DNA of 64,000 bases from Candidatus Poribacteria bacterium (GCA_965242965.1 OZ251518.1:4448001-4512000); one strand, 5' to 3'. Positions 19,807 through 30,859 are shown, counted from the stretch's first letter. Program-made: numbers and translations. Notes: generated by a model from the sequence alone, not told the origin.

Positions 19807-22182
19807 CTACTTTGATTTCAACGCGCTCCAGCGCGTCGCCAGTTTACCGCGCGCGGCGACATGTCCTTTCAACCGTATCGTGCCTATTGCCTGACGCTCA
19901 CCACCCAACGAAACCTCCTCTAACCGGTAATAGTAGATGACGTTCGGCTTGGCAGAGGTGTCTGTCCACGTGTAGGTGTGCTTTTCACCTGACGTGCCAG
20001 TCCCGGGAATAAGCGCGGGAGTGACTCGGATAAACGCGCTGTCCCGCGCTGTGCTACGCAGGATATTGAATCCCGCGGTATCCACCTCTGATGCGGTGGC
20101 CCAGGTGAGCACCACCCCTGCATCGGTGCGCGCCGAACGGAAATGTGACAACACCACAGGCAATGGCCCACCTGTGCGATACCCGGGGGTGCCGATATCT
20201 GTCGACAGCCCATAATAAGTTCCAACCGCTAGCGAGACAGATGCCGCGCTCACCCAACTCTCGGCGGCGGTGCCAAGCAGCGGCGCGCCTGCTTGATACT
20301 GCCGCAGCATCGACGCACGCCGCCCATCAACTGTCTCATCAGATGGCACCTCCCACGCAGGCGTATCTTTTGTGCGACGCTCCCCATCTAAATTGCCCAC
20401 CTAGTCGATGAGCGTTCCCGCCGTATTATATAACTTCAGCGAGAACCCCGCCGCATTCAATACATCATTGCGACGCGCCCGCTGGTCGAAGGCATTTGGA
20501 TGCTCAAAGTAGAGGTTGTAGAGTTTTCCTTCTGGGAATTGCCCGGATGTCTCACCGCGCCAGGTGACGAACAGCACCGTCTGATTCGGCAACACCGTAA
20601 ACGGCTTCAGCGAGACAGTTTCGTGCCGATGCCGCCGCGCGTTTTCTACGTCCAGCGACTCCACCTCCAGATGCCAGCCTTCCAGATTCACTGCCGCTGT
20701 TCGAGAACTATTGTAGAGTTCTATCCACTGCGGCGCGGAGCGACGGCCCACCTTGTTAGGCAACATCAACTCACTGATGCTGAGCGTGCCAATGGGCACT
20801 TGTCGCGTGACAGCAGTGTTTGCATACCCGGGTGTGCCGAGGCTCGTGGCCGGGTTTGCATGCAGCCGGTACCCGAGGCCGCCCTGGTATCCAGCGGCTG
20901 TCCATGCAGAGGCGAGGTATCCACGGGTATCCTCGTCGGTGCGCTGCCAGACTTCGCCTACTGTGAAAGGTGGCGCATCGCTGGCAGACAGCGTGTCTTG
21001 AAGGGGCCACACCTGTGTGTCGTTATCAAAGTCCCAGGCGGTGCGGAAGTAATTGCCTGCGACATCTTCAAACGCGGCTGGCTGGCCATTTTTATCGGTA
21101 GCACTGCGCAGCAGCAACAGATAGCGCGTTGCAGGCAATCTCAATTGTTCCGCGACGAGATAGCGATGCTGTGCGCCTTTTTTCCCTGTGCCTGCCTCAA
21201 TGTTTATGCCACCCGCCAGGGCGGTCTGACTCGGTGCAGTGTTGACGATGAGAAGGACTTCTCCAGCCGGGAGGATGTATTCGGGAAAGGTGACGATATC
21301 GGCATCATGCGTGTCTGCGTCAACAATGCTCACTTCCCAGTTAGCGAGGGATAGAGCTGCATCGCTGATGTTTCGCACCTCCAGCCAGTCATCTCTGTCG
21401 TCTTGCGCATTGCAAATCTCGTTGAAAAGCAGCCGATTCATGGCAACAATAGATGGACGCGGCTCGCGGACGTAGAACAGGTACCGCTCTCCCGCGAGCG
21501 ATAGACTTTTCCCTTCGTCTCCATAAAGGAATCCCTGCCCTGTGTGAGGATTGCGTAGGATTCCATCGACAAGGCTCACTTCTGAGTCTTCCACCAGTTT
21601 TCCGTAGACAAACTCCCAGTGCGAGGACCCGTTGCCGATGTAGCGATTGGCGAATGCCCGTTTCGGAACCGGATCGTCGCCTGTCAAGATTTCAATGTAA
21701 GGTCTTTGTTCGGGGAGAGCAGTGGGGTCGGCGAGGCGCACGAAGTCTTCGCTAAAAGTTATCCGCAGTTGCACTGCTTCACCGGCAGCATACGTCGGTG
21801 TCGCCTCTGGTGGGACAACGCCGAACGCTTCTTGGACGACAGGTTCAGCAGCCTGTCCTTCTGGAACAACCGCACGTTCTTCTATAAAACGATCATCTGG
21901 GACAGTTCCTCCAGCTGCTGGGACTAGAGTGCCAAGAGGATCATCACGTTCCAGGATTCCATCTCGCAGTGTCCCTGTGGTAGTCGTGCCATCCGCGGGA
22001 TAATAGACGTGAATAGTCTGCTCTTCCTCTTCGTAGGGGTTCACGGGCTCATCTAAGTCAATACTATAGATGAATACCACCTGCGTGGCCTGAGCCGGGA
22101 AGATCGGTTGCATTAACACGACTCCTCCCGTGAGGAGCACCAGAACTAAACGGGTAAGCATTGAAAACGTATTTTTCAGCAT
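19807..22182 (-). pseudogene. Secreted lamin-tail-domain protein interrupted by one in-frame TAG at 20401-20403
   Basis: ORFs 20401-22182 and 19807-20400 are contiguous in one frame and together align by eye with the C-terminal half of 49268-53338. Confidence 0.8.
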
Positions 22183-22210
22183 GAGAGATATCTCCTTTCT
22201 GTAGTAAACT

Positions 22211-22982
22211 GAGGGTGTTTCATAAATCGCTCAACGTCGTGGGGAAACCCGCTCGGATGCGCGTGTGGCATCCGAGGGCCCCGCGCTACGATGAAAAAAT
22301 GGTTCTTGAGCTATCGCGGGGGACAGGCCCCCGCGCTACGATAAAAAAACGCCACCCCCGCACCGTAGGGCGAGGGCCTGTCCCTCGCCATCGTTCAATC
22401 TCCACGCTGATTCTGTAGTTCAGGATCGCCTGATCCTGAACTGTTTGCGATCAGGCGATCGCAAACTACAGAGGTGGGCCCGAGGCGCGCCCGGTAGGCG
22501 AGACCTCCTGGTCTCGATGCAATAGGGCGGCGCGCCGCCCGAGGCCGCGGCGGCAGAAAGCCTCTTCATCGTAGGGCGAGGGCCCTCGCAGGTTTCCCTC
22601 GTCATCGTTTTGCCGCCAAACCTCCTCACCTCTGTAGGTCAAGATCGCCTGATCTTGACCCGTTTGTGATCAGGCGATCACAAACTACAGAGGGGAAACA
22701 CATCGTGACGATAGAGATCGCGGGGGACAGGCCCCCGCGCTACGATGAAAAAAACGCTATCCCCTTATCGTAGGGCGAGGGCCTGTCCCTCGCCATGCCT
22801 AGGTCTACCGAACGATCGCGGGGGACAGGCCCCCGCGCTACGGTAAAAAAAACAGTTCTTGAGCCATCGCGGGGGAAACCCGCTCGGATGCGCGTCTGGC
22901 ATCCGAGGGCCCCCGCGCTACGGGAACATCGAGACCGGGAGGGCTCTCCTACCGGGAAGAAATCGACTTATGAAACACCCTC
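22211..22982. mobile_element. Non-autonomous MITE-like element filled with REP hairpins
   Basis: Terminal inverted repeats GAGGGTGTTTCATAA(A/G)TCG and flanking 8-bp direct repeat AGTAAACT (22203-22210, 22983-22990). Confidence 0.75.
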
Positions 22983-23185
22983 AGTAAACTTGCTTACAGT
23001 TCTTGTTAAGGGTTATTGTGTTCATTTCCGGATAGGTAGGAGAAACCTCCTGGTCTCGATGCCCTTTTGGTAGGCGCGCCCGCGGATTGAAACCCCTGCA
23101 CCATCGGACATGGATGGGCCGCCTACCGGAGAAAATGGCGTTCTCACCCAGCTCCCTAATAAGGCGAGCGGGTTCCGCTTGCACG

Positions 23186-24529
23186 CTAGGAGAGTTGCCC
23201 TAAACTCGCGGTGCTATCGCCTAATTGCGGTAAATGGACATCCATGCGATTGAGCAAGGATAGCCACAGATTGTTCAGCGGTGTCTCCTTTGGATACCGG
23301 ATATGTCGCCCACTTTTCAGGGTGTCGCAACCGTTACCTGCCAGCAAAATCGGCAAGTCGTGGTGACTGTGGCGATTGCCATCTGCGTTTCCACTGCCGT
23401 AGACAACCATGGAATGATCGAGCAGTGAACCTTCGCCTTCCGGGGTTGCGTCCATTTTTTCCAACAGGTATGCCAACTGCTGCGTATGGAATATGTTAAT
23501 CTGGCAGATTTTCGCCTTCTTCTCTTCATCGCCGCCGTGATGCGAAAGATCGTGGTGTCCCTCAGAGACGTTGATAAACGGATACGGCTTGTTACTCCCT
23601 TCATTTGCCAACACAAAAGTGACGATGCGCGTGACATCCGCCTGAAAAGCAAGGACAATTAGATCCATCATGAGTCGCAGATGCGCCTGATAATCCGCTG
23701 GGATTTCGGCAGGGACGGCGTAATCCGGCGTTTCTATCGGCGGAAACTTTTCAACGGCATCGATGCGGCGTTCAATGTCTCGAATCGCGGTGAAGTATTC
23801 GTCAAGTTTGCGGACATCGTTGCCGCTGACGTGGCGGAGCAAATCTTTTGAATCCTGTCTCACAAAATCAAGAATGCTTTTGCGTTCTCCATCGCGCTGT
23901 TGCCTTTGCGAATCTTGCATAGAGGTAAAGAGGCGTTCAAAGGCGAGTTTTGGATGCACCTCTTTCGGGAGCGGTTGCGTGGCGGAACGCCAAGAGAGCG
24001 TTGAGGAATAAACGCAGCTATACCCAGAATCGCAATTGCCTGCTTTTCTCCCCGGGTCGATGCCGAGTTCAAGCGAGGGGAGCCGTGTGCGATTGCCGAT
24101 ATGGGCAGCGGCGGCCTGATCGACCGAGGTACCAGCGTGGATGTCGGCACCGTCGGTTTTACGAGGTTGCGCGCCGGTAAGGAATGCCGCCATCGCTCGC
24201 GCGTGGTCTCCGCCGCCATCGCCGTTTGCGCGCGCCTTATCCGCTGTGAGCCCACTCAGCACCAGCGTTTTCTCTTTCACCTGTTCCAACGGTTGCAAGA
24301 TAGCGGTGAGTTCATAGTCGCTTCCCACCTGCGCCGGTGTCCAGTCAGCCATATTTTTCCCATTCGGCACGTAAAGGAACGCCATCCGATTGGGGGCTGT
24401 TTGCACGCTAGGTGCGGGCGCGTTCGCCCATGCCGTTATGGGCCCCATCGCTTCCAGCCACGGGACGGCAATGCTCACGCCGAGCCCGCGCAAAAAGGTT
24501 CTACGTGAAAGGTGTTTTGATGTGTTCAC
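23186..24529 (-). CDS. DUF1552 family protein with Tat-like RRTFL leader
   Basis: LSRRTFLRG, YVPNG, SVDQ, PSLELG, CDSGYSC, HHDLSHH, GNRHSH. Confidence 0.85.
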   Translation of the reverse strand: MNTSKHLSRRTFLRGLGVSIAVPWLEAMGPITAWANAPAPSVQTAPNRMAFLYVPNGKNMADWTPAQVGSDYELTAILQPLEQVKEKTLVLSGLTADKARANGDGGGDHARAMAAFLTGAQPRKTDGADIHAGTSVDQAAAAHIGNRTRLPSLELGIDPGRKAGNCDSGYSCVYSSTLSWRSATQPLPKEVHPKLAFERLFTSMQDSQRQQRDGERKSILDFVRQDSKDLLRHVSGNDVRKLDEYFTAIRDIERRIDAVEKFPPIETPDYAVPAEIPADYQAHLRLMMDLIVLAFQADVTRIVTFVLANEGSNKPYPFINVSEGHHDLSHHGGDEEKKAKICQINIFHTQQLAYLLEKMDATPEGEGSLLDHSMVVYGSGNADGNRHSHHDLPILLAGNGCDTLKSGRHIRYPKETPLNNLWLSLLNRMDVHLPQLGDSTASLGQLS

Positions 24530-27018
24530 GGTCTCTCCTTCGTGCCGCGTCGTAACCGAAACGGCTCGCTTTTGACGATTTCTGTTATCAGCACAGAGCT
24601 GCGGTAATCCTGCGCTTCTAGCTGCGCGACAATCCTGTCAAGCGTCATCCGGTCGTAGTAGGCTAAGCCTCTGCCCAACGCATACGTCAACATTTTCTCT
24701 GCAAGACTGCGCACAAAACGTGCTTTCCTATTTTTGAGAATCTCCTTCAGGTCAGCGATGCCTTGGAACGATGTGCCATCTGGCAGTGTAGCGGTTGTAT
24801 CAATCTCAATGTCCCCGTCCTTCGTCCGGAACGCACCGATAGCATTGTAGTTTTCGAGTGCGAAGCCGAGTGCATCCATTTGTGCATGGCAGTTGGCGCA
24901 CCCCGGGTCTTTTCGGTGTTGCTCAAGCCGTTCTCGCAAAGTTGTCCCGCTCACCGTCTCATGCTCCTCGGCGAGTTCCGGAACATCCGGTGGAGGCGGC
25001 GGTGGCGGGGAACCGAGCACCTGTTCTAAAACCCAGCGGCCCCTTTTGACTGGGGAGGTGCGGGTAGGATTTGAGGTAACTGTCAGGACGCTTGCATGTG
25101 TCAAGATTCCGCCGCGCGAGCGACTTTGCAAGGCGACGCGCCGAAACGCATCTCCCCGAATTTTTTCACCGCCGGGACGGCTCACCGGGTGCCCCATCCA
25201 ATTCCCTTGTGTATCCACAATACCGTAATGGTTCGCTAACGGCTGATTGAGAAAGGTGTAGTCGGCATCCAGCAACTCCAAGAGACTTCTGTCCTCACGG
25301 AAAATGGAGTCTAGAAAGAATTCGGTCTCCTGCAACATCGCCTGCCGCAATTTGCGGGTAAACGTTGGAAAACGCGCCGGATCTGGTGCGACAGTGCCAA
25401 GCCGTTGGATTTGCAGCCATTGTGTCCCAAAGTTGCGTGCCAATTCCGATGCCCTCGGGTCTGCCAGCATCCGCTTAACTTGCGCATCAAGGTTGGCAGT
25501 CAGCTGCTCTTCCTCAGCGAGCGCGAGGAGTTCATCGTCTGGCATGCTACTCCATAAGAAGTAAGACAGCCGCGAGGCAAGCTGGAACTCGTCAATCGGA
25601 TAGGGGCCTGAGACAGTTTTCCCCAGTGCCTCTAACTCCCAGCGAAAGAGGAACTTCGGTGAACAGAGAACGACTTTAATCGCCGCTTGGATGCTTGCCT
25701 CCCACTTCTCTCCATCGGCTTGGATGGCTTCGGCAAACTGCACGAGGTTTTCGACTTCTTCCTGCGTCGGCACTCTGCGATACGCGCGGCGCAACAGACG
25801 GCCCAGCACTTCACGCGTCTGTGCGGCTTGCGGAAGGTTCGGCGTGCATGCCAAGATTTTGTGATGCGAGGCAGGCCGCGTATCAAGCGGCCCCTTTGAG
25901 CCGAGCCTATGAATTCGGAGTTTGGCTGTCGGTTCACCCGCGGCAGGTTTCACCATCGCAATGCCTGCCTTTTCGACATGTGCGATACGGCTCACAAGCG
26001 TTTCAATCGTCTGCGGCTGCTTCGGGTTGCGAGCGGTAATCTCAAAGGTTTCCAAAATTTTGATGCCGTTGTCCTTTGTCAAGTCAACGCCGACAAGTTG
26101 TCCCAGTTCCTCTACGGTAGAAACCTCCTCCAATGCCTCACCTTGAACAAACAGAGCAACCTTGACAGGGGTTTGCTCATCAGTTAGTGGAGTTTGCCTG
26201 AGCTCCTCTTCAACTGAAAGCACTGCGCGGTAGATGACTTCAGCATCGGCAACAAACTTGAGATACGCGCCGCCTGTGGTAAAAGGGCCCGTTTTCCATG
26301 CGACATCGGCAGTCGAATCCAGCAGACGGAAGCGGGTCTCGGGTATATCCTTGTGCCTCGGATCCAACCGCCGCACGTTTTGGTAGCGTGTTACAGGTGG
26401 CGGCGCATCTACCAAGATAACGCGCGATGCAATCATCTCTGCCGCTCTCAGGTAGGCTTCCATTAAGAGGGGAGAGAGACTCAATACGTCACCGATAGTG
26501 TCAAATCCGTATCCGATACCGTCGGCAGGGAAATTTTGCGTGGCATCGAAGTCAACACCGAGCAGGTCGCGGACAGTGTTTCTATATTCAACTTTATTGA
26601 GTCGGCGGACGGTAATTCGCCCCGGGTCTGGCGGCACCGCCTGCTCGGCACGTTCAAAAATCGCTTCAATATATTGAACAAACGACTCCACTTCTACTAT
26701 CGCCGGTTGCTCGCTATCATGGGGCGGCATTTGGCTGGTGGTTACCATGTCCAAGACAAGTTCCCAGACATCCCAATTCTCAATCAACGCGAGGTTATCC
26801 GAGTTCGGGTTTGCAAGTTGTTCAGAAAGTGAATCAAGCGGCAGATCAGCGGCAGGTTGCTCGCCGGCGTGGCAGGAGAGGCAGTATTGCTCCAAGAAGT
26901 AGGCATCCGCTTGTGCAAAGTCAGGTGCGGCATCGGCCCACAGGGTGGAGAGGGTTGGAACAAGTGCCACCATCCAGATGAAACAGAGGCTTGGTAAGGC
27001 ATAATGGCGTGGTGTCAT
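24526..27018 (-). CDS. DUF1592/1588/1587/1595/1585 protein with planctomycete-type cytochrome c motifs
   Basis: CLSCH and CANCH heme motifs, RRLNKVEYRNTVRDL, LASRLSYFLWSSMPD, TSPVKRG; GGAGG RBS before ATG 27018. Confidence 0.85.
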   Translation of the reverse strand: MTPRHYALPSLCFIWMVALVPTLSTLWADAAPDFAQADAYFLEQYCLSCHAGEQPAADLPLDSLSEQLANPNSDNLALIENWDVWELVLDMVTTSQMPPHDSEQPAIVEVESFVQYIEAIFERAEQAVPPDPGRITVRRLNKVEYRNTVRDLLGVDFDATQNFPADGIGYGFDTIGDVLSLSPLLMEAYLRAAEMIASRVILVDAPPPVTRYQNVRRLDPRHKDIPETRFRLLDSTADVAWKTGPFTTGGAYLKFVADAEVIYRAVLSVEEELRQTPLTDEQTPVKVALFVQGEALEEVSTVEELGQLVGVDLTKDNGIKILETFEITARNPKQPQTIETLVSRIAHVEKAGIAMVKPAAGEPTAKLRIHRLGSKGPLDTRPASHHKILACTPNLPQAAQTREVLGRLLRRAYRRVPTQEEVENLVQFAEAIQADGEKWEASIQAAIKVVLCSPKFLFRWELEALGKTVSGPYPIDEFQLASRLSYFLWSSMPDDELLALAEEEQLTANLDAQVKRMLADPRASELARNFGTQWLQIQRLGTVAPDPARFPTFTRKLRQAMLQETEFFLDSIFREDRSLLELLDADYTFLNQPLANHYGIVDTQGNWMGHPVSRPGGEKIRGDAFRRVALQSRSRGGILTHASVLTVTSNPTRTSPVKRGRWVLEQVLGSPPPPPPPDVPELAEEHETVSGTTLRERLEQHRKDPGCANCHAQMDALGFALENYNAIGAFRTKDGDIEIDTTATLPDGTSFQGIADLKEILKNRKARFVRSLAEKMLTYALGRGLAYYDRMTLDRIVAQLEAQDYRSSVLITEIVKSEPFRLRRGTKERP

Positions 27019-27079
27019 GGATGTATTTCCTCCGCGAGATGAACTGCACGACAAGCCAAAAAGAAGTTTCACTGAAAAA

Positions 27080-27152
<73 letters not shown>

Positions 27153-27191
27153 TTATTGGAGATACACGAAAAGCGAAAACTTATAGAGAGA

Positions 27192-27263
27192 CTCCCCCAG
27201 ACGGACTCGAACCGCCGACACGGTGGTTAACAGCCACCTGCTCTACCACTGAGCTATGGGGGA
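27192..27263 (-). tRNA. tRNA-Asn(GTT), second copy
   Basis: Identical to the first except one base shorter in the D loop. Confidence 0.95.
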
Positions 27264-27275
27264 TTGTTAGTCTTA

Positions 27276-27304
27276 ATTATACCCTATCTCGCACTGAAAT
27301 GCAA
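27276..27304 (-). promoter_or_regulatory. Putative tRNA promoter TTGCAT-N17-TATAAT
   Basis: Boxes immediately upstream of the tRNA pair. Confidence 0.6.
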
Positions 27305-27335
27305 ATAAATATGCGAGATAGGGAAAAAACGATTT

Positions 27336-27641
27336 TTAAGCGAGTCGCTTCCGCAGCAACCGCCGCAAGTCAAACCTGCCCTGAGAAACACCCCAGATGA
27401 TGCCGGCAATGAGGAATGCCCACGCACCACACCATTGAACATGACCGAGGATACTCCAAGTTGTTTCTGCGAGTTCCGTGTAACGTCCGTCCATGTGGCG
27501 CTCATGAAGCGCGCCCACAGTGTTGCGAGCAATAAAACTCACCCCCCGCATCCATAAGAAGCCCGCGACGACTCCCAAGAAAACTCTCAGCAACAGAATT
27601 CCAGCGAACCGAAGCGCGGCTTTGAAGTTCTGCATCAACAT
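27336..27641 (-). CDS. Small hypothetical membrane protein (2 TM)
   Basis: GGAGG RBS and two hydrophobic segments. Confidence 0.55.
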   Translation of the reverse strand: MLMQNFKAALRFAGILLLRVFLGVVAGFLWMRGVSFIARNTVGALHERHMDGRYTELAETTWSILGHVQWCGAWAFLIAGIIWGVSQGRFDLRRLLRKRLA

Positions 27642-27761
27642 GAGTTTTCACCTCCCGATTTTTCGTTAACGGTAATTCACGAGGCGTTCATTATTAATTA
27701 TACACGTTTTTGCACTGAAATGCAAATTAAAACGCGCTTTTTTTCAAAAAAACGGTATTTT

Positions 27762-30095
27762 TTAAGGTTTCGCCGAAAATATCTGAATTTTGTCACCCGA
27801 TTTTGCTACCACACTTCGCGCTGGGATGACGAAACCTTCATGCTCAAAAGCCGCCTCTCCGAAGTTCGCTAACAATTCAACGGCATTCCCAAACTCGGTG
27901 CGTTGGACAAATCTGTCGGGGCTCAGCCATTCAAAATCTGTCATCGCCTTTCCGCCGATTTTTCGGTGAAGCGGCGAGAAAAACGCGTAGTGTCTTTTGA
28001 TGCGCGCGGCCTGCTTTTCAAACGCCGCCAGATTCAGATGATACAACGGCGGCACGTTATAGAGCAATTCCAACAGAGTCAGGTTCTCCGCCGCCTCCCG
28101 AAACTTTAGACTGCTAGCGAGCCAATGATTCGTCGTTATCAGCGAATCATGAAACACCGTTTGATAGAGCGGCAACCGAAACCTCGGGTCAAAATAGAGA
28201 TGCAGATAGCGTTGTTTGAGAGGCACCTGCTTGACAAAAATTGCGGGTGCTTCAGGCGGCCAGTAGCCGCCGATGTAGTAGGGTGAATCTTTCGCCTTCA
28301 TGTCCGCATCACCCCATCCGATGACAGGTGTCATCATTCCGTGTGCGAAGTGGAGAGTCGCCGCGGCATAGGCGGCACCTCCTTCCGAACCGACTACCTT
28401 ATGATGCGTATCCCGAATCCACGCCATTCGCTTTAACCGTGCCTGCATGTCATCAAGTTGCGTCGCCGGATGTTCCGCCGAATAATCGTCAAAGAGTTCG
28501 CCGTATGCATCGCAATCGATGAACCACGAATTGAACGGCGTTGGCATTTGCGCGACGATGGCGTTCACCCGCTTTTCAACGAACGGTTGCGCCACCAAGG
28601 GGCTTAAATGATACCCTTTCTGCTGAAACCCTCTGTTTTTTGTGCCATCAGCGTTGACAATCGCGCCGCGTTCGTAAAGTGCCAAATCAAACTGCGCCGT
28701 TTCCCATGTCTCCGGCTCCTGTGGATGATGGATGCTGTGATAGGAATCGTAGGGGCCTATCAGATAGCCGAGCTCTTTTGCCTTTGCGACAGCGACAGGG
28801 TGGCGAAACCCTTCCTGCCACGAATCCACGCCGAGCCAGAGCCGGTCCAACCCATTTTCGGTGAATCTCTCCAAGAGTTTCAGGGAGAGTCCGCCTCCCC
28901 ATTCATCTGGATGCCGAAGTTCATCAGGAAATATCGCGTAGAAGAGAAGACTGTTGATACGGCAAACTTCCGTGAACGAAAGGGATGCAACGTCTTTCGC
29001 GAGTAATGTTTCCGCTTCCAGTGGAAGAGATGTCTCAGATTTTTGGACGCGCGCGGACAAACGCTGTGTTGTCTCGTGCGTCTCTAACAGTTCGCTCAAA
29101 GCACGACAGACAACCCGTTGCGCGTAGGGGTCCGGCAGTCCCTCCTTCACGGCTTGCTGCGCTTCCGGATTTAGTTGTTCCCAGAGCTCCTTCTCCACGT
29201 AGGAGAGACCTCCCGGTCTCGATGATGTTTCTCTATTTAGCTTTGCCGCGAATGCCTGTCTGTCGGTTATATCGTATCGGCTGAGGAGCGAACCGCCCCA
29301 CAGATAGATATGCGCCGCACCGAGCAGCTTCTCAGCCGCCGGTAGTTTCGCGACTTTTTCAGCAAAGGTGACGAATTCCGCATTTTGCATCAGCCAGCGT
29401 CGATAGTATTTCGCCGGTGCGACAGGCGATGCTTCGCCCAACGCAATCCGCACGCCGTAAACTTTCCGCTCCCAATTGGGCATAAACGCATGCGAGAGTT
29501 GCATACCCAAGCCAGATTCCATCGTTGCCCTGAAGGCCGCCCTGAAGGAAATTCGGTTATTGAACGGATTCGTCAAAATATAGGTAAGCGTCCATTCGCC
29601 GAAATCTACGCCCCAAAACGGCATTGCGAGTCCCGCTGTGGTATTTATCTGCCCTTGTTCGGACAAGAAGTCTTGCCACAATTTGTCATCTTTCGGGACA
29701 TAACTTCCCTCAAAAAACGGGAGCATGTAGCCGTGAAGTGCGGGCGTGTCCGGAATTATCGGCCACGTCAAATTCCCCGCTGTCGCCGAGACGAATTCAA
29801 CAGCGAGGGATGCGTCAATCAATTCAACGCTGACGGTGAGGGATGCTTCTGGCAGTTCCCAACTCGCCCGGTTTTCGTGTTGGACGAGTGCGGTTACGTT
29901 TCCGAGTCCGGTTTGTCCTTTTGAAATTGGCACCGTCGGTTTGCCTGTCGGGCGCGCGAGGACTTCAAGCGATTGCGGCGCGATTTCAACAGTCCATTTC
30001 TCATTGCTCAGCCGAACGATTTCGGGAGTAGCACTGAAACCGATTGCATGCATCAGAAACACCCCGATACACATCCCATATTTTGCGATGCGCAA
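27762..30095 (-). CDS. Putative glycoside hydrolase related to GH101/GH129
   Basis: GAAHIYLWG, GYLIGPYDSY, WFIDCDA, VVGSEGG, FRLPLYQTVFHD; probable TTG start after GAGG. Confidence 0.65.
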   Translation of the reverse strand: MRIAKYGMCIGVFLMHAIGFSATPEIVRLSNEKWTVEIAPQSLEVLARPTGKPTVPISKGQTGLGNVTALVQHENRASWELPEASLTVSVELIDASLAVEFVSATAGNLTWPIIPDTPALHGYMLPFFEGSYVPKDDKLWQDFLSEQGQINTTAGLAMPFWGVDFGEWTLTYILTNPFNNRISFRAAFRATMESGLGMQLSHAFMPNWERKVYGVRIALGEASPVAPAKYYRRWLMQNAEFVTFAEKVAKLPAAEKLLGAAHIYLWGGSLLSRYDITDRQAFAAKLNRETSSRPGGLSYVEKELWEQLNPEAQQAVKEGLPDPYAQRVVCRALSELLETHETTQRLSARVQKSETSLPLEAETLLAKDVASLSFTEVCRINSLLFYAIFPDELRHPDEWGGGLSLKLLERFTENGLDRLWLGVDSWQEGFRHPVAVAKAKELGYLIGPYDSYHSIHHPQEPETWETAQFDLALYERGAIVNADGTKNRGFQQKGYHLSPLVAQPFVEKRVNAIVAQMPTPFNSWFIDCDAYGELFDDYSAEHPATQLDDMQARLKRMAWIRDTHHKVVGSEGGAAYAAATLHFAHGMMTPVIGWGDADMKAKDSPYYIGGYWPPEAPAIFVKQVPLKQRYLHLYFDPRFRLPLYQTVFHDSLITTNHWLASSLKFREAAENLTLLELLYNVPPLYHLNLAAFEKQAARIKRHYAFFSPLHRKIGGKAMTDFEWLSPDRFVQRTEFGNAVELLANFGEAAFEHEGFVIPARSVVAKSGDKIQIFSAKP

Positions 30096-30100
30096 ATCGC

Positions 30101-30859
30101 TTACCTCGCTAATTCTTCCCACAAGGCGCGATAATAGTTCATCACGCGTACTGCATCGGAACTTCCCGCGATTTCTGCCAAGCAGTAGCCGGCATAGCCG
30201 GAATCTCTCAATGACGTGAACAGCTCCCGCCACGGATACTCGCGCCGATGCAACTCGGTGATATGCACCAAGCCGATTCTGCCTTTCACGAGGTTGAAAT
30301 TATGCTGAATCGTGCCGTTTTCCACCTCGCCGAAGTTAGAATTCCAGCAGACGTAAACGTTGCCGTGGTCTGCCACATCAAGGATAGTCCGAATGTGCGG
30401 CAATTCCGATGTGCCGCCGCCATGCACCTCAAGGCGAATCTGCACACCGAGGTTTGCTGCGAATTCGGCACACTCGCGCAGGGAAAGTCCGATTTGCTCC
30501 AGCGTCTTTTCTACCGGCACCTCTTTGGGGAGCCCGTTTGGACGAACCTTCACCCCGGGCGCGCCGACATCCGCTGCCAACTGCGAGTAAACCTTCGTCC
30601 CCTCTATATTCTGCCGCACCACCTCTGCATCGACGGCATGGTAGTCAAACGCTGAACCTAACCCCGCAATCTCAATGGGCGAATCGGCGAACTGTTGTTT
30701 CACGGCGGCGCGCTCGCTCGCCGAGAGTTCTACCTCAACGCCGTGCGCATGCGTCGTCCGCAATTCAACGCCCGCGAACCCCGTTTCCACGCACCGTTCG
30801 ATGATGGTAGGAATATCCCAATCTTTCGCCATGTTATAGGTAACCAAACCGAGTTTCAT
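30101..30859 (-). CDS. Sugar phosphate isomerase/epimerase (xylose isomerase-like TIM barrel)
   Basis: GFAGVELR, IRLEVHG, GY.G....E pattern. Confidence 0.8.
   Translation of the reverse strand: MKLGLVTYNMAKDWDIPTIIERCVETGFAGVELRTTHAHGVEVELSASERAAVKQQFADSPIEIAGLGSAFDYHAVDAEVVRQNIEGTKVYSQLAADVGAPGVKVRPNGLPKEVPVEKTLEQIGLSLRECAEFAANLGVQIRLEVHGGGTSELPHIRTILDVADHGNVYVCWNSNFGEVENGTIQHNFNLVKGRIGLVHITELHRREYPWRELFTSLRDSGYAGYCLAEIAGSSDAVRVMNYYRALWEELAR

Noticed and set aside
20401-20403. Genome-wide TAG recoding or pyrrolysine use
   Set aside because: Many conserved genes here end properly at TAG and no pyl genes are seen
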